In this document: positions 11,989 to 22,900 of the stretch, one piece after another
How the letters are laid out: each line of letters opens with the position of its first letter
Position numbering within the stretch: position 1 is the first letter of the stretch
Source of the DNA: Catajapyx aquilonaris
Taxonomy: Eukaryota
NCBI GenBank assembly: GCA_000934665.2
Contig: KZ538817.1
Location: 1 to 64,000, forward strand
DNA length: 64,000 nt
Reading direction: 5' to 3'
Position numbers and translations under genes: made by a program
The notes under the pieces: generated by a model
The model's input: only the letters and a program-made list of their open reading frames with translations
Told to the model about the DNA's origin: nothing
The model's database searches: none

Positions 11989-12852
11989 TTAAATAAGGCC
12001 GCCAAAAGTCGGAAAATAAACTTTTCAGCTACATGGTCATGTTTGGTATGAAATCATGTGTTTTTGAGGGTGCAGAATTCAGTGGTGGCACCGAAAATAG
12101 TACCAGACAATTCCAGAAGTAATACAGTGAAACCTGTCTATAACGGACCCTGCTTATAGCGGAAACCTGTCCATCACGGAAAATTTTTAGGGTCTCGATT
12201 CTGCTATACACAGGTTTCATTGTAATAAACTCTTTGAAAAGATGTACCTATGTTTTCATTTTACACAGACCGTCAGACACTATAAGTGGAATTACTTATA
12301 CAGCTAATGTGCATTTTAGAAAGATAAGATGTGTTTATAGTTTTTTAAACAAAATTTAGTCCGAGCATCCCATCCGACCACTGGGTAATTCAATCAGAAC
12401 CATTCGTAAACATCATTTCTTGAACATCGACCTTCACATGAGCGTAACCAGGCGTAACAGGGTACATTGAAAAAATAAGTTTTTCGCGAACATAGAGCAC
12501 CGTTTCTTGCAGGGTCCACTTGCGATCAGCTCTTCCGAGGTTTTCGCGACATCTGCAATGGTTGACCCAGGTATACCACAGCCGCAAATAGATTTTTTCC
12601 ATCCCCAAGTATCTGGTGGTGGCTGTTTGCAGAATCGAGACCCTACAAATTTTCCGTAAGGGACAAGTTTCCGCTATAAGCAGGGTCCGTTATAGACAGG
12701 TTTCACTGTATTACTTCTGGGATTGTCTGGTACTATTTTCGCTACCACCACTGAATTCTGCACCCTCAAAGACGTATGATTTCATACCAAACATGACCAT
12801 GTAGGCATGTAGCTGAAAAGTTTATTATCCGACTTTTGGCGGCCTTATTTAA
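11989..12852. repeat. Long inverted repeat (arms about 11989-12204 and 12629-12852, spacer about 425 bp)
   Basis: The arms are near-identical reverse complements over about 215 bp (ttaaataaggccgccaaaagtcgg...gggtctcgattctgc versus gcagaatcgagaccc...ccgacttttggcggccttatttaa), with scattered substitutions and one short insertion; also visible as the twin ORFs 12029..12220(-) and 12616..12804(+). Confidence 0.95.
12125..12708 (-). mobile_element. pogo/Tigger-like (Tc1/mariner superfamily) deleted element with TA flanks, long TIRs and a probable transposase relic
   Basis: TA-CAGTGAAACCTGTCTATAACGG...CCGTTATAGACAGGTTTCACTG-TA termini (TA at 12123-24 and 12709-10); a third TIR copy at 12205-12222 closes a 98-bp mini-element; the minus-strand interior encodes GIPGSTIADVAKTSEELI and, after a frameshift, VYEWF*, resembling CENP-B/Tigger HTH domains. 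Confidence 0.7.
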
Positions 12853-13171
12853 CATGTTGAGGGCCACGGAAGTCATATGACGGCCGAGGAAAGACGAGCC
12901 TCAGGGCCCACGGAAGTCATATGACTGTTTGCTTCTTGTGCGCTCATTTCTAATTTTAAAAGGAGCCAATGACTTTTAAGCTGCTCTTGCCATGCCATCT
13001 CGTGGTTGGGAGTTCAACTATCACGGACTGCGTGATTGGCTTGAATCCGCGAGGTAAGATGGATGCTGCTGCCCCCTGTTGCCTGAGAGACAAAATATCT
13101 GGCGTCAGGCGGTAAAAAAAGAGTGTCCATGAATGAGAGGATCTTGGAAGCTGGCCGGCCAATCAGGTGGG

Positions 13172-13448
13172 TAGGGCTGTGCGATATTTCGATATATCGA
13201 CTGTCGATACGATATTTTCCTAATATCGAAGTTGCGATATCCGACGCTTGGCATGTTCGATGTATCGAATATCGCGATTTTTTCGATGTCGGTTTTTCGA
13301 TTTTCGATATATCGACTTCGATTCGATATTTTTCGATGTCGGTTCGATTCGGTTTTTTTCGATGTCGGTTTTTCGATATATTGACTTCGATTCGATATTT
13401 TTAAAGTATCGAAAGTAGATATGTAATTTCGGATATCGCAGAGCTCTT
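13172..13448. mobile_element. TCGA/ATCG-rich MITE-like element with imperfect TIRs (hAT-like terminus)
   Basis: Begins tagggctgtgcgatat and ends atatcgcagagctctt (13/16 complementary); interior built of repeated ttttcgatgtcgg / cttcgattcgatattt motifs. No TSD found. Confidence 0.6.
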
Positions 13449-13479
13449 CGTTGTCCAATTAATTTGGACAACGAAGAGC

Positions 13480-13720
13480 CCTGCTCCGAGGGCAGGGTGA
13501 CTGGGAGGGGATGTGCAATATGCAGTGCAATGTCGGCACTATGGTCATTTTGTGAGTTCCCCCGGGTGGTTCGTCTATCGGAAATCCCATCCTAGACGAA
13601 GCCGGAGATGACCCCGAACTCCGCACGATATGAAAGGGGGGAATGCCCGGGCTTGGTATCGAACCCGGGACCCTTCCATCCGTGGGCGCATACGTTACCG
13701 CATCGCCACTTCGCCTTCCC
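13480..13720 (-). mobile_element. tRNA-derived SINE
   Basis: The minus strand starts gggaaggcgaagTGGCGATGCGGtaacgtatgcgcccacggatggaagggtcccgGGTTCGATACCaagcccgggc: A-box and B-box with tRNA spacing, followed by a non-tRNA body; no clean cloverleaf. The 3' boundary is approximate. Confidence 0.65.
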
Positions 13721-15479
13721 TATTTTGGAGAATGGCAAATTCCAGCATGAAAATTCAAAGCTGATTGATGAATATCAGAATACCTGTGTGGTCATTTTAA
13801 AATACTATATATTTTGGAGTCGTGGATTAACACAGATTAATCCTCCAACTACCATGGTGAAGAAATCATGCATGTGCCAAAATTGGTAACAGCAAAGAAT
13901 GTGCAGAACCACTGCACAGTTCAGGTGCCTTCATCTCCCACATGCTTGACATTGAGATTGACCTGGATTGCTGGTTTTTTAAAAAAAACACGTTTTTTAA
14001 ATGTTGAATTTTTTTACGTTGGCTTTGTGGACTTTGAGAAGCAAAAGTGGAAATGCAAAAATCATGAGAGCTCCTTTTTTGGGTTTGGAAATCATCATGG
14101 CTATCAGCCTGATTTTCTTTTCTTCAAAATTTCACTATAATGGTAACATTAATTCAAACTTAGTTATTGAAAGCAAATACTGCTCTTTGACAAGCAAGTT
14201 CTGTGAGTGTATCCGTATGTGCGACGATGCATCCCATTCTGAAGATGACCGCACCAGATACCCCTCCACCTTTTGCCAACCGCAACACTAGAAGTTGGTC
14301 GAGTTGCGCCAAGGAGTAATTTGTGTGTCCATAACCCCCCCCCTCTAAAAACCGACGGATGCACAAGTTGCGCACGCATCATCAGCATCCTGGACCATAA
14401 AGCCATTAGTAGTATCTACCTTGGCTGATTCCATTAAGTGTCAACCTGAGGCTGGATAGGAGAGCCATCGGCGCCTTTGACATGGCAAAGTTGCCGAGTT
14501 TTGCCATGCCACAGTTTGAGAGGGATGTCGCCGCCGGGAGGGGGACACCCCCTTCTGTCCACCCACCCACCTTCCTCCAGTTATTAGTCTCGGCCCTCAG
14601 ACTCGGTCCTGCCCAACTTGGCCTCTGATTTACATCGCGCCGGGCCTCCAGCCTGCCTGCTGCTGATACCCTTACCCCCAGACTCCATTAGGAGTCGGTC
14701 TCGCAAGATCGGAGCACTTTGTCACCGACCGGCGGACCCCCACCACTCCCCTGCCTGTTTTACAACTTTGGATGGGTATAATCATTACGGGAGTGATATC
14801 TGGGCCTGGTATTGCTCTACGGAAGCACTTCATTTCGGGGTGGCGCCTAATGGGGGAAATTGGGGGCAGGAATATCTGGAAGATGCGGAGAGGATGGACG
14901 GGAAAAGATGCGCTGGTATACATGCGTAGTCTTGTTTGGTCAGTCGGATGTGCCCGGATATGCGGAATATTGCGGGATGTTTCAGAATTGAGGTCACTTG
15001 AGTTGAGGTGGAAATTCCGTGGACTCAATGATGAACTCAAACATCAAGTGACTTATCGCTCGCTGAAAACGGCTCGTTGTGAAGATAGTGTAATAACATT
15101 TTCCCCAGTAATGTAGTACAGCACGACCAAGCCAAGGATGATTTGATTTGATTAGAGTTAGGTACACTGGCGTAGTTTATGAGGTCCATTACCCGAGAGT
15201 ACATTGTACAATTAGGAAAGATCTGAGAAAATGCGGACGTAAATGGGCCACATAGGCCACATATTATTCCTTTTCCGACCATGTTTTGCCGGAACCGTCG
15301 TAAAACTACCCGTCGTTATTGAAATTCGGCACCACTGCCAGCCGGCTCTGACACGTTTGTGAGGAGTGAAGATGATCGCGTCACAAGTATTGCCTAACTT
15401 CCAGGATGAAACCCTTCCCCTTGACATGAAGGCTCGACCGCGTCTGGTCCACTGTGCTGCAAACGTTATGGTCTAAAAG

Positions 15480-16014
15480 GGGTCAAAAGCGATCGTAAAT
15501 GGCCAGTGGACGTCAGCGCCGTCGACGTCGTTCCCGGGTGCTCCAAGAGGTGGTTCTGCGTGTGGCGCCGGCGCAGCCCCATCCGGCAGGTGGCGTTGGC
15601 TCTCTTTTTCCTGTCCAGGTCGCCATCTCTGGCGCCTTGTCTCCTCTCACCCACCCTGGCCCACCTCCCACCCTCCAGCCAGCCCCTCTCCTGGCGCGCG
15701 CTCCCGGTTCGAATTCCCATGGCGCCGTCCGAAGCGGCCCTGGCAGCATGCGTGCGCTCCTGCGCGCCCGATCCTGGGGGGAAAACGGAGAGAAACGGGG
15801 GCCCCGACGCCGGTTCCCGCGGGCGACTCCAGCCTTCCTACCAACACCACCTCGTCTCTCCGCCTGACTCTACTACTCGCAGGCCGCCTCCTGCTGCTGC
15901 CTCGCACCCTCCGCGCCCATCATCATCCACCGCCGCTGCATCATCCAGCCAGTCTGCACCTGCTACCCACCACAACACCACCTCGGTCCAGCAGTAGTCT
16001 GCCCGCAGGACTAA
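15480..16014 (+). promoter_or_regulatory. GC/CpG-rich promoter and 5' leader of the Oaz/ZNF423-like gene
   Basis: Sharp GC/CpG-rich island directly upstream of the MSRRKQ start codon; in-frame TAA (16012-16014) abuts the ATG; upstream ATGs at 15719 and 15748. TSS not determinable. Confidence 0.6.
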
Positions 16015-16054
16015 ATGTCCAGGAGGAAGCAGGCCAAACCCAGGGCTTTGAAAC
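16015..16054 (+). CDS. Oaz: Oaz/ZNF423-like coding exon 1 (NuRD-binding motif MSRRKQAKPRALK)
   Basis: atg tcc agg agg aag cag gcc aaa ccc agg gct ttg aaa c|gtaagt; consensus donor at 16055. Confidence 0.92.
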
Positions 16055-16887
16055 GTAAGTAGTGTGGGGTCCACGTGGGTCCAATCACGTGTGCCGCTCA
16101 GAGTGATCGGTCACCACAGGTGTGCGATACCCGCACGTGCCACCGCATCTGCGTACAAACTTCCGATTTTTTTTTTTACACGGTCCAGCAGGATACGCCC
16201 ACATTCGCACCTGTCAAATCCCGGTTTTTTGCATAAAAATTTTGGCACGTATTCTTCTTGAAGGGGAGTGCACATTTTCTGAATAGAGGGGGTTAATCGA
16301 GCGGGTTTATCGTTGCATTGAAAGTGTGTGGAAACTTTGCAGTGTCTCGTTTACAGTTGGTCACCGGCACTCTATAAGGCCTGGGGGAAATTACAGGGTA
16401 GATTCCGCCGCCTCCCACCTCCCACCCTCGAATGCGGCGGGAAACTCCTTTTATGCGGGCGATGATTTCGGGGGAGTTGAAGACAATGCGGGGTTATGCC
16501 GATATTTAACCCGAATTTTGTTTCGAGCTGAATAGGCCTACTGTCTTCTCGGTGTATGGCGTTTTCCCCAGGCATTGTGACAATAATGTGATAGGCGCAC
16601 GTTGCTTTTAATATGGTTATGCAGAACTGCGGGGTAAAAGTTAGAATTATTTGAGCAACTTAATAAAAATCTCCAATTACGCGAATAAGATTTTCCCGTA
16701 ATTGGGAGTCATGCAGCCGGCCCTTGCTCTCTCATAATACTGCACATATTAAATATGTATTATACATTGACTAATAACTTCGTAGTGTTCGCCCAATTAA
16801 TTTACGTCTCCAGAACGCCTACTTACGTAAAATAGCCATCATGTATTACAATACATAATCAAAACTACCGTGCATTTCATCATCATC

Positions 16888-16958
<71 letters not shown>

Positions 16959-19900
16959 CTGCACTTGCACAACATGTCTGATTTCACAAACTTACAAGTA
17001 GCCTACAGTAGTCTACATCAAGAGATATGGTGTATACAGTCTACTGTATTTATTTGGCTAACAATTTTCAAGTCGCGTTCATTGCACTCCAGGAGGAAAC
17101 TGCTTGTGTTGGAACCGAACATTTGACGCATTTATTGCCGAATAAATTTAACATGGCCGTTCATCCCACATAAATCTGAACTGATAGAGTTGAAGTAGCA
17201 AAGCACAGCACCCTACTCCAGATAGTGCATCACTCGTCAGTTTCTAATCCAACACGACTCGAAGTGTAATGAATATAGTGGCAGGAAAGGGGGAAGTAAA
17301 ACGATGAATTATGTATTCTCCCCCCTCCTCCTCCCTACCATCTTCCCTCGTCCCTACCAGTAATCCAGGGGTATTGGAGGAATCAGTCCGCGACTGCCGA
17401 TAGTATAGGAAGCGCCACAATAGATCTGCTGGAGGACTAAAAGCAACACAATGCCACATTATGGCCATCTTCCATACTCCTTCGTGCCAAGGCAATCGAT
17501 TTTCCTCCTTGACGCATGCACATGCAGTCTTTCCGTGGTATATCCCTCCCCCCCCCTCTTTCCCCCCCTTCCCTTACCCCCAGGCCCCAGGGGTATACGT
17601 GAGGTAGGCACACAGGGGACCCCCCTTGGAAATGGTCCTATCGGTCTAGCCAACATCCATCGCGACGCTGCCACTAATGGCCTGGCTTTTCCTGCAGGCA
17701 TTTTTGGCTCCCGCTCGGACAAATTGGGATTTCTCACTGCCGATCCGGAGATATGGACTTGCAAAAGTCGCTCCAATTTTCGGGCCCCCTGTGGCTAACG
17801 TAGGAAGATCGATATATTATATAGTGTGTATATAACAAGAGAGGAGCGACCCCTGTCCACCTTTTTTATGTGTGGGACAAAAAAAATATTAAAGAGTGAC
17901 ATTATGGGACGTTTGGTTTGCACTGATCGGATCAGGGAGTAGTAATTATTGTGTTGTTATGTTGATGGAGTGGCAAAGTTTGAAGCTGCTTAGGGGAAAC
18001 CATTGGCATTATGTACAGCCATTCGTATAAATAAATAAAAAATATGAGCGAAATTTTAAATTTTGCATGTCTTATTACCTGCCTGGCCTTATGCACCCTG
18101 CTATTATATATCAATGGTCGTTAGAAAGCAGATTTGTGCCGGTATATAGGTTAGTGTCATGCAACTCTTTTCTGAGCATGCTACCTTCTAAGCACGCAAG
18201 CATAATCGTTTAATTAATTAATTTATTTGCCTTGCACATGGATTCATTTAAAAGTCCAATCTAAAGTACTGGTGCTAAAATTGCAGTTGGTGGTTCCAAA
18301 AGACAAGAGGGTTTCGGACCATCCTGTTTACCGTATATTTCAGCGCTAATAAACCCCCAGCTCCCTATAGTGCGAGTTGGGGAGATAGGGAGGTCTTATT
18401 GGCCTGACCTTTTTACACAGCAGGCAATTAGCCCTCACCTGTTCAGCTGCGTGATCTCGGCAATTTTACAACTTGTACTCGCAGTTTCTAGGAATATCGT
18501 GCACACAGCCCCACACGTATACGCTCAACTTAAACCCTTAGTCCCGATTGAACCTTGTTCAAGCAGACTCAGCAAATTACCAAGTAATCTTCCCGCAAAC
18601 ACGATATTGCGCGCCTGCCAACAGCTTCCGACAGTAATTACCAAAGAAATTCCAGCATTTATCATCCCATGACAACGCTTTTGGAGCACAGCACAGGTGC
18701 CGTGTAATGGCCAGGGAGTAGCTACATATATTATTAACACACTCCATGTAGGCATATATGCATATGGGAATTTAACATCAATATCCAAGTCGAATCGCAA
18801 AGGGAAATACAACTATAGCCGCAATATCGAAATGGCATATCGATACCGAATATCGCAAATTGATAATTCAATATGTTCTTGTGTATATTTAAATACATAT
18901 CGACAGTACAATCGATCAATGTTATATCGATATTTATTTATTTTATTTTATTTTATCGATATTTATTAATACCCGGTATCGCATTTTAAATGCATACTGT
19001 ACATTGAAATGGGTTTTTGCCCCGCTAGAGATGTTTTGCGTCAGCCTGTAAATAGGCAACTGGAGTAGTTTTTGGCCCCTAGCGACCGAACAGAGAATCA
19101 GCCCTGTTCGTGTCAGCACTCGGTAATGGAGTCGGCGGGGGTGTATATCGCGAAACCGTTAGAAAGTGGTGACAAAATCGGATAATGTAACTCGCTAGGG
19201 GAATCTATATGAAAACACCGCAAGGTGAGGAGAGACAAGTTTGACGCTGTTTGCCGACACTTCACCGTACCAGGTTAATTTTCAGGCTGCTAAAACACTT
19301 TTTTTTATTTTTTTCGAAAACTGTGAGGGGTAGAGAGGAGGGGAGGGGGAACTTCACCCGGAATCCCGGATTTAATAGGCCCCACATTATGCCCAAGGCT
19401 GAAATCTCTAGATGGCGGAGCAGAAAAGGAGAAACTCCTCACTTGGAATTGACTGTGACAACTCGCGCTTGTTTACAATTTTAAGGCCCCTTGATAAATT
19501 TAGCAAAGGCTAGAGAAGATTATTTCACAAGAGCAATCCCGGAGCAAAAACTAGGGGAATCTGCTTCCCAAATTTCGGCGGGAAGGAAATGAAGGACGGG
19601 AATCCTCTTGTCGGCGCCGTTTTCACTCCTTTGCTCTCATTCGACTGGTGGAATTTCTCACCGAAATCTGTGTGTTGACTGCAGAAAATCTGCAGTTAAT
19701 ATGCAGATTGCTTTGTGTGTTTTGGGCGATAATTGGTTATAAATTGCCAAGTGCGCCATCTCGGTTGAGGAATGGAGGGAAAAAAAGATGGTTAATTCTA
19801 TTACGTCGCTATAGTCGGCTTCCATTTACTATAATTCTGCCTCCTTTTCTTATCATTCCGAATAAAAAAAAAGTGCGGAGAAAACAAGGGTTAGAAGGAG

Positions 19901-22900
19901 ATAAATTACGCTCATTCATATCAATGGGGGTGCATAATCTTGCCACATTTCAGACTTCTTTATTTGATGACGCGTTACTCGCTTTTACTGTCGTGGTTCC
20001 ACATTCTGGGGGCTTCTAGATTACTGCCATATAGGCTGCGATTTATGTCAATAATAAGAATTCCCCCGACCTCTTTTTGTGACAGTCGACAAAACATTAA
20101 TCAAGCTGTTTGCTAATGCTCCGGATAGTAATTTACACATTAATGTTCTGAATGAGGAATTACGTCGCGTAAAAACCCGCCTGTGTATATGAGGCTGTTA
20201 ATTATTATTTGGTGCAACAAGTTGGCAAAATGCAATTTATCGCTGGCAGTATATACATCTTTTGTTTACAGCGTCCACACTTCATTATTGATAAAATAAT
20301 TTTACGCGGGGATTAGAATAACAATAGCTCAAAGCTTGTCCCATTCAATCACTTACAAATTGTTCGACCATGTAGGTCACAAGTTAATCTGTCCCCTAAT
20401 GAGACAATACTGCAAATATCCCGGTGATGCCCCAGCAATTGTACGACACATTAGGGGATACTGAATGTGTTTATCTCGATATTCCGGGAAATTCTCCCCC
20501 CGCCTCGCTAAAACCCGTCAAATGTGAAATGTGCGACAAAATATGCACTTTCCAGATTACCTATTAGTTTATGTTATTAAACGAATCTGGCCCAATTGCA
20601 GCCACAGCTTTCAGTTGGTTCTCGTCCGATTTTGTTCGAAGATGGCGCCATCAATTTATGGAAAAACTGGGGTTTAAATTCCTGAAGCGGTTATTCGACT
20701 TGTTGTCCAAGAATATATTGTTGGAGTAGGTGCTTACATACAAGCCCTGGGTGCAAACGCTCAAATAGGCTTGCTCTCAGTAGGGGAGCACACGGTTTTG
20801 CAAAGGCCGCTTTCATAAGCTCCAGAGGCTAGGCAGGATGTTGAGATCTATGGCTTTGTGGTCACTGCAACATCCTCTTGTGAATATCTTGGAAGCCGCA
20901 AGTGGCTTTACAAGGCGCTGCTCGTCGATAAGAACCAGCGGATACTTCCAGAACCTGTTCCCTAAGAGAGTTGCATATAGCTTTCAACTGCGATACTACA
21001 TAATGCGCAGAATGATATTGAGGGCCATTACTTGGTGATAAAATTGTTGCGGATTTTTATAGGCGACAGTTTATCAGGATGTGTGTGCTGTGTGTATGTA
21101 TGAGGAAAGGATACTCGTATGACACGCATTGTTTTCCTGCCCCCAGAGCAATAGGAGACAGGAAATTGCTATCCGAGACAAGGTTGCGACGTGGGGCATA
21201 TTTAGTCTGGGTGAGCGATTTTTATTTGTGGTGGAGTAAAGTGACTCCGGTGTGGTACACACAAACATCCGGGGATTGATTGGCCGGTTGCATGCCTGTG
21301 CTACAGCTTGCCGATGCAAATTTTTAATGAGTCCCGACGAATTGCGGTATTGATATTTGGATGGTATTATTCAGAAGAGAGAGCTACAACCCCATGCAAT
21401 ATAGGTTTAGGGCTTTTTTTAAAAAAAATTGTAGTAGAAAATTGTGTGTCAAGAATGATTTGCAGGGCAGGATTATGGACTTACAAGGACCTGGTGGAAT
21501 GATTGAGGTGGAAACACTTGTTTTTGAGGATTAGCTGTTTAATAATGCCGCCACCCTCGCAGGGTGGGAGATGTTTTATTGGGTATGATCGCACGTCCTA
21601 CGCATTAAAAAATTTGCGATTCATTTCAGCATAGAACTATACCGTGCGGGTGGTGATTCAATGCTGGTGTTGGTTTTTTCAAATGAAGGCTTCACATTTT
21701 ATTAATATTTGCGATCTGCCGACTAACTGCTGTGGCACCAAAAATAGAAGGAAGTAAATAAATAACGGCAATTGGTAGTCTGTAGTATCTATACAGTGAA
21801 AAATAATTCCAAGTTTTTATTAGGTTCGGAATGACCGCTCCCTGGCTTCACTCTCCTTTTGCTCTGTTATGTACGTCGTAAAAAGTGCTATATTCTTTCC
21901 CTCTCTGGTATTTCCTTCGCTGATTCGTCATGATTATCAGGTTCGGCAGTGATAATGCTCTTCATGTAGCCATAACGCCTGTGCCCCTATGAACCGGACA
22001 ACCTACTTTTGTTATGACTCATCAGTTATCCAGGCAAGGCGTCTGGAAACCTAATATGCTAAAGGCATGTATACTGTACCAGTATACATGCAGTTCATGG
22101 CAGTACTGACCAGTCATTTTTATGCACAGAAAGTTTTTAAAAGGTGACTAGTTTTAATAGAGAGCTCTTATTAAATACGACTATCCCCGTGGGCATATCG
22201 CTATTTTAATGGGATTGCTTTATTATGGTACTGCACTTACACGGAAACCTGATATGTGACTATTTTTATGGAGCAGGCCTTTTAGTGAATGCAGCCAGCA
22301 CATATTTTTATTTAAAAATTGCTATAGGTTTATGCTGCAGAAACTCAGAAAAGAGCATTGCGAATCCGAGGCAACTGGGGATTGCCAAACTGGTCCATGT
22401 CAAGTTTGTAGCTGGAAAAAAATTACAGTGATTATAAATTGGGATTTTTTTGCATATAGGTATGCATTTTACTTTTAATACTCAAAGTTAAAACTGTAGT
22501 GGGCCCTGGTTATTTGTGGATCGGGCTCTCCCACGGATAAACTGAACGCTGCACAGTATAACATACGCATACATACATATCTATTATAAGTTTAATGTTT
22601 TTATTAATATGTTAAAAATATTTGCAAACAATGGATGACTGAAACCGTGTATAACAGGGCCCATCACAACTGGAACTGGTCTTGGAAGAAGTTGTATATA
22701 GGTGGCAAGCTGATTGGCTGGTTTGGGAGAGGATTACAAGCTCGCAAATATTTATTTTCTTTGAGAGGAACTGTTATGTAAGTTATAGGATTCTAGACTG
22801 ATATTAGTGCGGAAGTAAATGAAGGCAAGCAACCTCAAGACCAGCAAAGAAAAGGAGCTGTGTCTCGCAGAGTATTATAATGAGCAATCCCAACAGTAAG

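Noticed and set aside
11693..12385. CACAGTGG motif as a Transib/RSS-like TIR with a possible partner near 12375
   Set aside because: The partner match is short and gapped, and no 5-bp TSD was seen.
12029..12804. Two near-identical small ORFs on opposite strands
   Set aside because: Products of the inverted repeat, not duplicated genes.
13105..13471. Three overlapping repetitive ORFs
   Set aside because: Translations of the TCGA-rich MITE interior.
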